Both the position numbers and the translations under genes were made by a program. Below the pieces are notes generated by a model. It had not been told where the DNA came from. It made no database searches and saw nothing but the letters and a program-made list of their open reading frames with translations. From Lytechinus pictus (Eukaryota), in contig NC_087251.1 of NCBI RefSeq assembly GCF_037042905.1, forward strand, positions 30,568,001-30,632,000: a stretch of 64,000 bases of DNA. The letters are read 5' to 3'. This document shows, piece by piece, positions 23,571 to 37,320 of this stretch (position 1 is its first letter; every line of letters begins with the position of its first letter).

Positions 23571-26500
23571 GACCTGGGGAGATACGAAGAATGGTCCTTG
23601 GAAAGACACCTCCAGACATGTCCTACGTAGGCATGATCTTCTTTGCACACCGCCCGCCACCGTCGGCATTGAGAGAAAATGCGTTTACGGCAAGCCACAC
23701 TGACATATCACCTTTAAACATTTTTTGGTGTTGCACACTGATGCATTTTATCTGTGGCGCCAAGTAATTTTTTTATATGGGGGCTAGTTGTCATCAATTT
23801 CAGGTCGTCTTTTTGCACGGCAAAAACGGATGTCATTTTAACTTCTCCGGGGGTAATGTAGGCCCAAATATTTTTTTAATATGTTTTCTTTTATTCTCCC
23901 TCCGTCCTATCCCCACACCATTTCCATTAATTCTTTTTAAATATCGAAATGGGCGGCACTATCTCTCTGACCCCTCATGCTTTCTCATAATTAAACAACA
24001 TGAAAACATTTTCTTTAAAAGAAATTATGTAAGGTGAAGGTAAAACTGCTTATTTATAACGTTCAGCAAAAAAAAACGTGATACAAAACTTAAATGTTAA
24101 ACATGGTAAATCAATTATTTATTTTTATTTCATTTTCATTATAATTATTATTTTTTTGTTGAGATTAATTTCAATCAATGAAAATTAATTGTCGGATTTG
24201 GGCTAACTAATTGAGATGTGAAAAAGTGAAACAAAACAAAAAATCTGCAGTAACAAAATAGCTAATTGAATTTAAGATACAGATTAGGCCTATATCTTAC
24301 GAATCCATTACAAGTGAAGATAAGTTCATTAAAGAAAAGATTATTGAAAGTCCATACGAAGAGGCGCATTTTAAATCGTAGGGTATGCCCCTTTCGGCCC
24401 CTATGTAATGTTTAAGCAGTAATGTAGTCTCTACTCCTCAACTTTGAAATGTTGAACATATATATTTTTTATATTCTTACACCATATATTCTTATATTAG
24501 CTTCCAGTGATCAAATTTAAAGATGACCTTTATGAACATTGTAATTTTTAGCATTATTTCTGTAATTAGTATTTTTCCATTCGGATTGCACACCTTTTTC
24601 TATGTTTTAATTATTATTGGAAAGCACTACTTTATCCACTTGGACATGTTTGCAGCAATTTTCATATTTTACTTGTCTTCGGTTATTCATCATGCAACTG
24701 AGGTATGTTTATACTCTAAACACTCACACTTGTATTTCTTGCGTTATATCTGACAAATAAAATAAATAAATTAGATTTTTCACAGGCAGCCTCTCATATT
24801 TTCCTTTTTAGTCTCATTCAATCAGACACTGTTGATTTTTTTTACTCCATTCAAACCCTATTTTTACCTCAACAGATAACATATTAATGCATAATTTGCA
24901 AAATCATCATTATATATATGTATTCTGTAAAAATACAGAATATTGAACTAATCAAATGTCGAAATTACTTAGTTAAATCAATTTTATGTCGGACAAGGGT
25001 CTCTTTCGTTGAAATATCAATGAAAGGTGTCTCTAAGAGGACACCGTGTTCTAAATAAGGGAAATACTGAAAATTTCGATTTTATCCAGTTATGTTTGTG
25101 AATCTTGATTTTTTTTCTCTTTTTACCTCATAAAGTAAGCTCCATACATCAATTCTACAATCAGTAATAAATAAAACATTATTTGATCCCCTTTTATTGA
25201 AATATATGATTTTATGAAAAGTCGTCATTCCGAAATAAAAGGTTCAGGTGACGATGAAGACTAAATATTTTTCCGATACTATCGATATCAAACAATGTCG
25301 CGGACTTGAAAGACAAAATTGCCTTCGTGAAACGGAAAGCGCTGATTTGTCGCCAATCTTCCTATCTCGGAAGAATGGTCCTAGGACGTTCTTACGTATC
25401 GCTCATCTCGTCATGCAACAGGCCCCTGCTTACTTGGTGATTTCACACACATCAATAAAGTTGGCGGAGTACAGCAAGTCTGCATATGCCGACTTAACCC
25501 AAGACAAGACAAGTCTAGATCTATTTCATGATTAATCCCTTTGGCAGCTCATACTTCATAGAGAAAGTTATGCTGGGATGATGAATAAAGTGAGCCAGTG
25601 GCAGTGCTTGGATTGAAGTTAGAATTGCAATTGGAGTTGTTCCATAAAATCATATAAAAAGAGTAGGATTCTCACGGACACAATGTTTACATTTTGAATT
25701 TGAAACTGAAAGTGTCATGAATAGCCAGGAGGCTCCTGGAGATTATATCGGGGGCTCCATTTTAAATTTTGTCAAATTTCGGGGGCTCCATTTCTACCTT
25801 TCGGGGGCTACTTTTTGCATTTCGGGGGCTCTTTTTGAATGCTACTTTTTTGTATTTTGAGGATTACCTGTTCACTTATAAATGAATTATTACTTTTTGT
25901 TTGATATTTGGGTGTGTGTGTGTGGGTGGGTGTGTGTGTGTGTGGGTGTGACTGTGAGTTGGACTTGGATATAAATGAATTCAATATGTAATTTCTACTC
26001 AGTCTATTCCAGTACAATACCCTGTACTCGGCCATGTACATGTAATAAAGGCCCACATTATTTATCAAATAGAAATACCCTAACTTTTTGTGAAGTTCTT
26101 TGAAAACGCAGATCTCCATGAAAATTGCATTTCTCTATGGGGAGTCTAAATTTGGTGAGAATGTATTCATTAAGAACTTAAATATACATGACAATGAAGA
26201 AATCATCAAACTTTATTGGCAGTTTTGAATAATATACCCGAAATGTAAACTCTGTCTGAAACAGAAAATCACCATCATTGAGGCCTTTACTGAGCGAATT
26301 GTCCCCCAGAGCTCTGGCAGAGAGACAGAGCTCAGACTGGCTAGCTAATACAAGCGCCAATGCGTGCGCCTGCCGCCTGCCTTGTAAAATAGATGGAGCT
26401 TTGTTTGATGATTTATTGTCTGATATTTACCACATCCCCGAGAAAAATAAAACAAATGATTTTTAAGTTATAATTAATAAATAAGGTAAGTTATTTTGGA

Positions 26501-28942
26501 TGTTAATACAGTAGGCCATTTTGAAAAGCAAAGCCGAATGACAACTCACCAATGTCAATGATAGGTTACTAGACTCAAATTATTTTATCACAGAATTGTG
26601 ATAACTGTAGGGGAAACATGTGCATTAGAAATTGCACATAGTGGTAGTCATAATTGACCCCTATACATGCAACTGTTTCCCGACCGTCGCGTTCATTTTT
26701 TTTCCATACCTGGTACGGTACCATGTGTGTGGAAATACGTGGTACAGGAAAAAAGACGCAACTTCGGAATTTGAAACTGCGCTCCTCGCTATTTTCAAGG
26801 CTTATTCATGATTTTGAGTGTGGATTTTGGATGATTTTTAAATGGTAAGGCAAGGCTCCACATTAACTTTTTTGGTGGTGGCCCGTTCGGGCCATCAAAA
26901 CCTTCAAATAATTTTTTTTGGCGGAGCTCGAGCATATGGCGCTAGTGGTTGGTTGAGTTGTTATCACTCGGCAATAATTTCGGGGGCGACATTCAGATTT
27001 TATGTCGCCCCCGAAAGCATGATTTTGGGTGATTTCGAGGGCGACTTTAGGCATTTCCGGGGCGAATTCGCCCGCCGCCCCCGTGTATTTTTTTCACTGT
27101 TTCATATCACTGACCTGCTTAAGGATAAGGCAAGGGTAATCTCCACGGAGCCACGGGCAGGATGCCATTGCTAATTGCTCTATGCGCACCAAGTATTTTG
27201 GAGACAACAATGTTGCTCAAAAATACTTTTCTTTAAGGTTTTGAGCCCAAACTTATGTAAATGGGCTAAAAGTATATTTACCCCCTGCACGTACTAATGT
27301 ATTTATTCAAATAAATCGAGAAAAATGAGAAAAATAATTGAGAGCAGGAGCGTTTACTTACAGTCTGTTATTGTCACCATCTTGCCGTCTTTGTTATCGT
27401 AGCCTAGCTATAAGACGCGTATAGAGGGTGACAATATCATGACATGATTCATGAGCAGTGCCAACTTAGATAATAAGAATACTTGCATCGGCCGATAAAT
27501 ATGATGAATCGTAAAAAACTTTAAATGCTGAAAATTTCATCAAAATCGGATAACAAATATTGAAATAACGAAGTTATTGAATTTTAAAGTTTATCAATAT
27601 TCTGTGAAAACAGTTATATGCACATGGTCATGAATATTCATTAGAACTGTTTCACCGGAAAATTCAAATCTGAACATTCAACAACTTCATTATTTGTTAC
27701 CTGATTTTGATCAAATTTTCAGCATATTGCTCTGAATTTTACACTATTGAGACATAAATATCTCCAGCCTGGACCATCCCTTTTAGAGCCAAGTTATATG
27801 ATGGTTATAGCTGTAATGGAATCTGACAGTGTCAAACAATCAAGCATTTGTTCCGAAGAAAAAGAGAAAATAAGCCAAACATTGCCAATCTTATTTTTCC
27901 ACACATGGAGTACTAACAGAGAACAAGGTTATGCCGTAACCTTGTTCATTGAATAAGTGCGTTTGATCTTGAACTTCAGATTTTCCAACAGGAGACTGTA
28001 ATGATCATGCTTCATATTATTAGGCTAACATTAAACATGAACATTTTTTCTTTAATTTCACCAAAAAAAATGTTTCAATTGTCATTGTTGCTTGTATTTT
28101 AAACAAAATTAGAGAAAATTAGGGAACTTTTGCCATATTTATAAATTTCTGAAACAATCTGACTTGATGCCGATTTCGGGGACGGGGGGGGGGGGGGACT
28201 ACACCATCTTTGAAGCTGATTAACTCTTAACATGCCATACACACTACTAACCCAACGCCACAGTGCTAATCCGATGCTAATCCCCTGTGCCAGCCACAAA
28301 ACCCCCCTGTGCCACATTGATTTTAGGATCGCGAGCCGTATTCACTCCTTTCAATAGTCATGATTACAATTGCTTGTAACTCTCTAACGATTAGTTTATC
28401 CACAAAATATTGTGTAGTAAAGTTGTAGGAAATTTCATACCACTTATAATGGTGTCCTCATTATATGGATTGGTTATTATCTTTACCGCTAAAATATGAG
28501 TTGTATCAAGTAGTTCCATTTTGTGGAGTGTTTTGTATGGATCAAAAAACCTAGGTCTCTTCCCTCTCGGAGGCGGAGCCATATTTTGTAAAAAATGTAG
28601 AAATACTCGAAAAAGTCGAATGTAAACCGCGTGAGTAAGTTGATCTGTCAGAAAGCAGAGTTCGCACTGCACACAATAGTGCTAATTACGGCGTGCATGC
28701 GATGCGCAATACAATGCAAAACGGCGTAACAATGATTGTAATTCCGAATGTGCGCAGTCATGCACGAAGCAGGCGAGGGTAGGAAACAATGCAAGCACAA
28801 AGCAATCAATAGTAGGCGTGCGAGCACGAGTGTGGCATGTAATAGTAGGATACGTAGCGTGCACAAAGCACTCAATGAGTTAAGGTGCATGGATGCTTAA
28901 CAATCTTCATGATCTTATTTTTTTAATTTTCTTTAATTTCAG

Positions 28943-29030
28943 TCTCCAGTTTTTGATGGGAAGATACCAAATTGGTTCCACTTCCATTGCTTCTTCAAGA
29001 GGAACAAACCAGAATCCCAAGCAGACATTG
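28943..29030 (+). CDS. PARP1: PARP1 exon 2
   Basis: SPVFDGKIPNWFHFHCFFK; acceptor tttcag; phase 0 to 1. Confidence 0.95.
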
Positions 29031-29092
29031 GTACAATATATCATTTATTTTATTATGTTTCTTATAAAGATCTTCATTACCCTAAATACCAT

Positions 29093-29556
29093 GGCCCGTA
29101 TTCTGAAGTCAGGTTTAACTGTACATGTATGTTGTGCTTTCATTTGTTGTAATTGTTATCTTTGAAATTGTATTTTGCTTTATTATCCCTTGCCTAGTAT
29201 TTTTAGATATTGTTTTATCATGTTAAATGTATGATTTTATTTTGGATGCAAATAAAAGGCCATATCAGCCAATCAATCAACAAAAAAACTTAGACCACGC
29301 TCTAACTCCGTACTAAAATTTTGGGAAGCCAAGAAATAAAAAATCAAGTTTATATTTTATATTTCTTATGTTTAATATTTTGTTTCCTTTTGCTGTCATA
29401 ATGAAGAAAATACTTCAGTTATCATTCCCAGACAATTATGAACAATTTGGGTGTCATATGAGTTAATAAATTGAATGTTTACTGTTAGGGATTCATGCCC
29501 CAATTGGCTCTCCATACTTAAACCACAACTTTCAACCCGACTTCAGAATACTGGCC
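29093..29556. mobile_element. PIF/Harbinger-like MITE (TIR family shared with 20238-20554), TSD CAT
   Basis: CAT|GGCCCGTATTCTGAAGTC ... GACTTCAGAATACTGGCC|CAT. Confidence 0.8.
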
Positions 29557-29830
29557 CATGAGTTTAATTTTCATACTTTCATTCTTATAATGAAATCATT
29601 CAGAGTTTAAAGAAAAGAATTTACTTTTCAAGGTCAAAGTGCAATTTACAGATTAATTTTATATTTTGAAACTGGATTTTCTTATCCGTGCTATCACATT
29701 GTAAAAGCTGATGTACATATTGTTCAGCTCACTTTCATAAGAAAATGTAATAAGGTGACATCATTGTTTTACCCAATCAACAGTTGTTCTAAGGAGATTG
29801 TTTCCTTGTGCATTACAATTTACAAGTAAT

Positions 29831-30372
29831 CAGCCCACCTCAACAAAAAAGTTGGTTTGAATAAAAAGAGAAAAATTAAACAAGCATGACGCTGAAAATT
29901 TCATTAGAATCAGTTGGAAAATAGAAAAATACAACATTTTAAAGTTTTGCTTAGTTTCACAAAAACAGTTATATTCACATCCTGTTTGGTATGCAAATGG
30001 GGAGACGGATGACATCATCCACTCGCTATTTATTTTCTTTTGTATTTCATAACATGAAATATTGTCATTTTCTCATTGTCAAGTGAAAAATGTTCCTTCC
30101 TGAACTTCTTGAATTACCAATGTTTTAACATGTGGTTCAAACAAGAGGGCCCTCATTTTTAAACCGTTGAAAATAGAAATATTGTGTAAGTTAAACAATA
30201 AAAGACAAAAGAATTAGTGAGAGAGGGACATCATCGACTCTATTTCCATATCACTGAGTTGTGCATATAATTGTTTTGTGAAAAATAAGCAAAACTTTAA
30301 AAATGTCCCAAGTTTCCTGATTTACATTTGATTTTGATTCAAATCAACTTCTTTCTGGGATGGAACTGACCT
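29831..30372. mobile_element. Degenerate Kolobok-like MITE related to 21063-21676
   Basis: Shared internal sequence; right end GACCT|TTAA; left end decayed. Confidence 0.65.
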
Positions 30373-30601
30373 TTAATTCTTCTTAAAGAGATCATCTATT
30401 TTTTACATGTACAGGTGTTTTTCCATGCTCGCGATACATCAAACACTGCATTTGCTAATTCAGTATATCAGCACATCTTTGAAAGTACCCATATGTAGAT
30501 AATTTTTTTTACCATACCTCACATCTCAGTTGAACACTTCATCATAAATTGCAGATATACTAATATACATAAAGTACTCTTTCCTGTTTCCCAACTTACA
30601 G

Positions 30602-30798
30602 GGGGCTTCCCAAGTTTGAGATGGGATGATCAACAAAGGATCAAGGAGACATTGTCTGGAAAGAAGCCTGGAGGATCGCTCAAAAGTGCAGATCCCGATG
30701 AAGGAGGAGAAAGTAACACAACACTGACTCAGTTTACTGTGGGTTATGCTAGTTCTGGACGAGCAAAATGTCTTCGTTGTGGAGAAAAGATTCCAGAG
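30602..30798 (+). CDS. PARP1: PARP1 exon 3 (end of Zn1, start of Zn2)
   Basis: GFPSLRWDDQQRIK...GYASSGRAKCLRCGEKI; phase 1 to 0. Confidence 0.95.
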
Positions 30799-30941
30799 GT
30801 AAGCTTCCTAGACAGAGTTTGAAATCAGTGAAGACATCATGCACGTACATGTATTTTCTTCTAGATAACACAATGTATTTGTTTTTCTTTATTTTGTTTT
30901 TAACATGCAGTGTGTTCATGTCATACTGGTAGTAATGATAG

Positions 30942-31778
30942 CAGGGTGCTACATAAGCACTTGCCCGATTGCCCGGGGGAAGTAAAAGTTAGAGTTTGGC
31001 AAGTGTTTTGAAGTAAAGACCAAAACTACTTGCCCAAATTGGGCAAGCAAAATTCTCATAGTAGAATTACCAAAATAAGGGTCAATATGATATGATATTG
31101 ACCCTAATTTTGGTCATGGCAGGCAAGATAAAATCACTTTGGAAAAAGAAATGCAATAACAAGGTAGATCAGTTCATGTCAAAAGAGAGAAAAAGTTAAA
31201 TAGTTTTTAAAACCGCAAAACTTTCTTTTGAAGAGGTAAAACTTTTTTTGAAGGATTTCTTTGGGCAAGTGAAATAGATTTTTGGGCAGGTATATTCCAA
31301 ATATTTAAAAATTTGCTTGCCCGACCAGGCAAGTGCTTCTAAAAAGTTTTATACAACTCATAAGATTGTTCTGATTGGTCCAAATCGGATCACATGATAT
31401 TCAGTGAATTGCACTATTGCATCCAAAATGCACTATCCTGCACTCTGACGTCATACCAAAAGTACTATCCTGCACTCTGACGTCAGAGTGCAGGATAGTG
31501 CAAGGTCTGGAATTATCTATAATTTAGATCAAATATAGCTATCGGGACAACTAATTAACATGGGGGAGGAGGGGGCTGTATAAAACAAACAATGCACGCA
31601 TTCTTGTGCATAGAGGACCTAAATAATGAACTCTGTGCTCGACTCGCCAAATGGATATACTGCACTCGGTCCTGCAGACCTCGGTGCGGTATATCCATTG
31701 GCTCTTCTCGCACATTGTTCATTATTTGGCCCTGCATGCACGCGCATACGTGCCTTATGTGTATAATGTAGCACCCTG
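30942..31778. mobile_element. Non-autonomous DNA transposon, TIR CAGGGTGCTACAT, 6-bp TSD TGATAG, with a nested insert at about 31350-31765
   Basis: 13-bp perfect TIR and flanking TGATAG seen directly; internal CTTGCCC/GGGCAAG subrepeats. Confidence 0.8.
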
Positions 31779-32062
31779 TGATAGTCTTGAATTTTATTAT
31801 TTTCTTGGAAAACTTTACTGATGAGTATGTCAGTGACAGGTTTTTTTTTTGGTGGAAGTGTTCTTGAAACCATCATTGTACAAAACTTTGAGATCTATTC
31901 ATCAAAAATTTATCATTTGAATTAGCAACAAGGACTGGCAAGTGTAGGTTTGTTGGACTAAAAAATGTTGTTTAGCACTTTTCTTTTAATTATTCTTGAT
32001 TATGATTGTCTACTTTGTGATCCAATGCTGTTATTATCCGTCTTGTACCCATTCAATATAAG

Positions 32063-32262
32063 ACGACAGTTCGAATCGCCTTCATGGAACCGGTAGAAGA
32101 GTATCAGCCAGTACCCCGCTGGCATCATGTGGATTGCTTTGTTGATGCGAAGTATATGGAGAATGATCTTAGTGAATGGCCTCCTAACGGTACAGCCAGT
32201 ATGCTCACAAGCTTCGATCGTCTGAAGGCTAAAGACCAGAAGATGCTAGAAGAGAAATTCAA
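32063..32262 (+). CDS. PARP1: PARP1 exon 4 (Zn2)
   Basis: TTVRIAFM..PRWHHVDCF..FDRLKAKDQKML; phase 0 to 2. Confidence 0.9.
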
Positions 32263-32807
32263 GTATGTATCCCATGATGTTGCCCTCAAAGTTCATTGAA
32301 AAACACACTGTTTTATAAAAGGAATGTATCAAATCAGATGTAGAATATTAAACTTTTGGCAGTGAGTTATTGAATTTTTCTCTTATTTTCTCTGAGGAAC
32401 TGGTATACAAAACACAAATATTTATAGAAACAAGGAAGCGGTTCATCCAAACCTCAATGTTATATTGAACGCGATATGAAAAAAAAAAAAAGTAATGATA
32501 GTGAGTCATGGATTTCAATTTTTCTGTGAGTGTCGCTAAAGTGCTTAATTGAGGGAGTCTATGATGCCACTACTCAATATATCTTTTCTATTTGATTATA
32601 TGAAATTTAAGATTAAACACTTTTCCTCCAATTTGTTTGACCCCTCCTGGAACATCGATAAGGATGAGATCCTTATTGTAACTAATTGTAGATGTAGTCA
32701 CTAGCGATTAAATATTGACTAACACTGTTTTTGCAACAAGCAATGAAAGAAGTCTTTTTTTCTTATACATTGAATTTTAATCAATATTATCCCGTTTTGT
32801 TTTACAG

Positions 32808-32916
32808 GAAGGCATTGCCAAAGACTAAAGGCAAAGGAAAAAAGAAAGGAAAGACAGGTCCTCCTCCAGAGAAGAAAGCTGCTCCAAAGCTCAGTAAACT
32901 AGATCAAGATCTCAAG
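32808..32916 (+). CDS. PARP1: PARP1 exon 5 (basic NLS-like linker)
   Basis: KALPKTKGKGKKKGKTGPPPEKK..DLK; phase 2 to 0; canonical splice sites. Confidence 0.9.
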
Positions 32917-33270
32917 GTGAAAATTTTTTTCCCTGTAAAGTTGTTAGTTGAGAGATCATCAGTTTTAAATGTTTATTTTCATTTAGAATAAATAATACAG
33001 ACTTCATATACTAATATGATATGAAAATGAATCATAAAGAATTTAAGTATCTTAAAAATTGAAAGTACATTAATTGCATTATAACACAAGACAAGCTTTA
33101 AGGCCATGTGATTTTCATTCTTTACAATGCCCAACTTGTCTCCAGAATGTTTAATAAATATTTTCATCTTAAAGTTAATATCTACAATTAAAGATAATAT
33201 ATCATTAAAGTTATAGTACTATACATCATACTTTTTGATCTGTATTTTTTATGAAATTTTGGCACCTCAG

Positions 33271-33387
33271 ACCCAGAACGACCATCTTTGGGCAATCCGT
33301 GACCAGCTTTACCGATGGGTTAAGAATAATGGACTGAAAGATATACTTGAAGCTAATGATCAGGAAGTCCCTCCAGGAGAAAGTAAG
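33271..33387 (+). CDS. PARP1: PARP1 exon 6 (Zn3/PADR1 N-terminal part)
   Basis: TQNDHLWAIRDQL..LKDILEANDQEVPPGESK; phase 0 to 0. Confidence 0.93.
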
Positions 33388-34064
33388 GTAAGAAAAGAGT
33401 CCTACTTCATCAAGAGTTGTGGTAAAAGAAATGCAAGTTTACTATCGGCTAATAAAATTGATACTGTTGCTGCAAATGTGTTACTATAACAACTTTTATG
33501 AAACAAGACTGTGTGCTCATTTATACCTCATTCTCACTGCCATGTGATCCGTTATGAATGCCACAATTGACTTTTCGTAGCTGATAACAAAAAATATTGA
33601 ACCTTTCTAAAACAAAATCTACGATCAATACTGTTGCCACGGTTGATCTGTTATGATCAATTCAATTAAGACCACAGTTTCCATTGTGGCATGAATCGAT
33701 ACAGTGTGAACAAGGTATTAGGATTTATTAAAAATAATACAGAATAGATAAGAGTCAAGTAAATGAAAGTTTTAATTGTTGTTAACATGATATTGTTCTG
33801 AAAAGAAGAGAGAGTAATTTCTATATCAATGGAATATATCATACCTACTACCACTACTTGGGAGGGGGGGTATGCCATCATAATGTATTAATGTTTTAAG
33901 AGGTTCTTATACCATTTACTGAATTTTACAAAGTGGAGGGCGGGGGTAAGGGTGATTTCTGCGAGTGTCAGGTGAATTTGTGCACCTCCATTTCATTGGA
34001 GCAGGACCATATTTACAAAACTTTTCAACTTCTACTTGAGCTTAATAATTCTGTCATCCTTCAG

Positions 34065-34279
34065 CTTCTGGACAGTGTGGCCGATGGCATGATGTTTGGT
34101 GCCCTTGAGAGTTGTCCCGAATGCAAGAATGGCCAGCTGGTTGTGAGTTCCTCCGGTCTGACCTTCAAGTGTACCGGTAACCTGACATCTTGGACCAAGT
34201 GTCAATACAGGAGCAAGGATGTCCAAAGGAGCAAGACGTGGCACATTCCGGAATATCTCAAGGAAGATATTGATTATTT
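34065..34279 (+). CDS. PARP1: PARP1 exon 7 (Zn3/PADR1)
   Basis: LLDSVADGMMFGALESCPECKNGQL..CTGNLTSWTKC; phase 0 to 2. Confidence 0.96.
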
Positions 34280-34601
34280 GTAAGTCAGTAAACTGTTCAA
34301 CCCTCTAGCATCAGATTGTGCAGCTGATTAATGACTTGTGGCAAATCAGGAACTCAGCAGGTAGCTGTGCTATATGTATCTTAATTAGAATTTCCAGTAA
34401 CTTAAAAATCAGACGACTGTATTTAATTTATAGGGAATGAAATCTGCACTAAAACAATCAAAATCTGACAGCCAGCTTTGACGAATTTTCCCTATTTCTT
34501 GAATACAGTACACATTAGCCCATATTCTGAAATCGGGATTTACATTCAACTCTGGTCTATCTATCGATAGCCAATTATAACAAAAATCCATAACAGTACT
34601 G

Positions 34602-34783
34602 GTGGGTGTTTCATAAAGCTGTTCATAAGTTAAGAGCAACTTAAAGAACGACTGGTGATCCTTTCTTGTGGAAAATGCGGGGGGAAATGGTATATTCATT
34701 GACAATGGTTACGCGTGTAAGAAAGGTTCACCAGTTGTTCTTAAAGTCGCTCTTAAGTTACGAACAGCTTTATGAAACGGCCC
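34602..34783. mobile_element. Harbinger-like palindromic MITE, TSD CTG
   Basis: GTTTCATAAAGCTGTTC..AAG / ..GAACAGCTTTATGAAAC arms of about 60 bp. Confidence 0.75.
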
Positions 34784-35052
34784 CTGGTTTGCTTTAAAAA
34801 CTTCATGAAGACAACCTAATAGCCAATCACAATCAATTGAGGCCTCAATTCTGTAAGCTGCAATTTATTTTGCATTTAAACATAAAACATAGTATTATCA
34901 TGTCAACCTTTGTAGTGTATTTACTTCAAACATGCACAAGGTATCTATTATGGATGTGGCCAAGTGTTCTTCATATAGTTCTGAATTTTAATTTGTAGGA
35001 AATCCTTGCAGATATTTCTGTAAAGTAATGATCAATTGTTTTTGTTATGCAG

Positions 35053-35154
35053 GAAAAGCTTCAAATTTGTTGCCTATAACAAGGGTAAGAGATTGTTTCC
35101 TGAAGAGGAGGAAGAGGCATCAGGAAGCCAAGAGGGAGCAGGAGACGGAAAAAG
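35053..35154 (+). CDS. PARP1: PARP1 exon 8 (Zn3-BRCT linker)
   Basis: KSFKFVAYNKGKRLFPEEEEE..; phase 2 to 2, bridges exons 7 and 9. Confidence 0.88.
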
Positions 35155-35718
35155 GTTTGTTTCCATTTAATTCTCCTTTCGCTATTAAAGCACCCATGGG
35201 AAACATTTCATGATATAATAGTGATTTTCACTGAAAACTGTTATAAGCTACTGAAATCCTTGGATTTGATTGGCTCAGAATGAAGTACTCTTTGAAAATC
35301 ACTGACCTGATGCTCCTGAGACCACCCTCGTAATTAATGGCCATATTGATCTATGTTACATTGGTCCTTTTGCCTCATTTTGTTTTGATAGAGATTTCAT
35401 ATGTCCAGTAGACTGGTTGCTCAGTACTTACCTGTGGTTCTTTCAACCAGTTTCCTCATCCCATTGGGAGCATGAAACAGACTTTTGTTGAAAGCTACTG
35501 AAATCCTTGCATCTGATTGGCAAAAATCACTAACTATTTCATGAAACGCTCCCTTGTAGGGCTGTGCATGAGTGATTGTTGGGAGTTTGGTAACATTTCA
35601 TGATCTTGAATGTTCTACCACTACGCAGACAGAACCCCCCCCCCCCCCCATGTGCAGCAAAACATATTTGGTGTTGGGATGAATAAAAAATTGTGAAACT
35701 TATCTTATTCTTGTACAG

Positions 35719-35885
35719 GAAGTTAGCCAAGAAACCAGAAGAGAAAGCCCTTCACAACTGTACTATCGTACTTCATGGTAAATTATCCAAGAGCAATAAA
35801 GAACTGAGGACAGTCATTCAGGGTCTTGGAGGTGATGTCGCTACTAAGATCACACCGGAAACAGCATGTGTTATTAGCACTGAAG
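35719..35885 (+). CDS. PARP1: PARP1 exon 9 (BRCT)
   Basis: IVLHGKLSKSNKELRTVIQGLGGDV..ACVISTE; phase 2 to 1. Confidence 0.93.
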
Positions 35886-36605
35886 GTATGTTTTGTGAAA
35901 ATTGAGTTTGAATAGAATGGATTCACATTGTGCAGCTAAGTAGCATCACTGCACTGCATATACCATGAGCAGGTATAAAATCAAATAAAATAAAAAGCTA
36001 AAGTAAGGCCTGAGCTGATCTATATTTCAAATAGATCTAGTCCTGTTCCTCATTCCTCCATAAGCCTAATGTTCCATCTATTTTGGTTGTTTGGTCTACG
36101 TTGGACTATGCATACAAGACAGGTGTTGTAGAAAACAAATATTCAATGTTTTATCATTCATGTGACCATTCAAATATTACATTCGGTGCAGTCTATTCAC
36201 TCGGTGCAGTCTATTCAACTCTGTTTCGCGTTGTTGAATAGACTTTCAACTTGTACGCTAATGTATTATTTGGTACAATCGCACTCATAAACGTGTGATT
36301 ATTTGTATACTCTTTGTAGAGACATGTATGAACACCATCCATGAATTCAAAGTCTTTCAAAATTTTATACAGTTCCTGAAATCCATTTATTGAAAAAATT
36401 GGATTATGACTGGTAGGACATCATCGGAATCCAGGAAGTCATTTTTTTTTTTTTTTTTTTTAAACTTTACTCAGCGCTACTTTTTTACAGCGGCTTTTAT
36501 TTCAATTTGTAAAGTTTTATAAGGATGAGGAGATAGGGATCTTGAGGAGAAACAGATTTTCTGACCAAGACTTAACCATTTTTTCTTTGCTTGCTTCAAT
36601 TTCAG

Positions 36606-36751
36606 CTGAAGTAAAGAAGATGAACAAGAAGATGAAGGAAGCCAAAAGCAATGATGTCCATGTTGTTTCAGAAGATTTCCTAGATGCTGTTAAGAATGGA
36701 GGAGCAGCTCTTATGATCACTCAACACAGTATCTGTAATTGGGGATCAGAT
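36606..36751 (+). CDS. PARP1: PARP1 exon 10 (BRCT)
   Basis: EVKKMNKKMKEAKSNDVHVVSEDFLDAV..HSICNWG; phase 1 to 0. Confidence 0.95.
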
Positions 36752-37241
36752 GTAAGATAGAGTATTTAAATGTCTTATTTACCTAGGGTAGCCACTTCAG
36801 CTATAATGATATGTTTTCCCCAGCAGTTCTTCCTCTCAACATTCCCTTAATTGGTCCTTTGACCCTCATTCTCAAGGGGTTTTATCCTTTTCAGAGTTTG
36901 AAGAAGAGTAACTCGTCTCAAACTCAAAAGTGATTTGCTCTAAGAAAAACAGGTTTTAATAACTAGCTTTTAATTGGGCTAATTTAACGTTTTTCGTATA
37001 ATATAATAGATAGGTGTACAAAATCTTTTGAATCCAATTCAATAAACAATATTTTATATGATAAACAGAATATTTTTATTTTATTAACAGAGCTTTTCAA
37101 TTCGATTTGTTTTATTTAGAAGTAAAGTGTGCAAGGAATTTCAAATCTGGCAGTATTCGAACCAAGAATCTGTCTAGTTTTGTACACTTTTAATTCTTGG
37201 GCATTGATATCTCAATACTCAATCACTTGTTATATTTACAG

Positions 37242-37320
37242 CCTACTACTAGAATTGCTGATACAGTTGCTAGTCAATTACCAACTAAGAGTATTGGACA
37301 ACTTCAGAGGGAAAGAGATG
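37242..37320 (+). CDS. PARP1: PARP1 exon 11 (automodification linker)
   Basis: PTTRIADTVASQLPTKSIGQLQRERD; tttacag and GTAAGA; phase 0 to 1. Confidence 0.85.
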
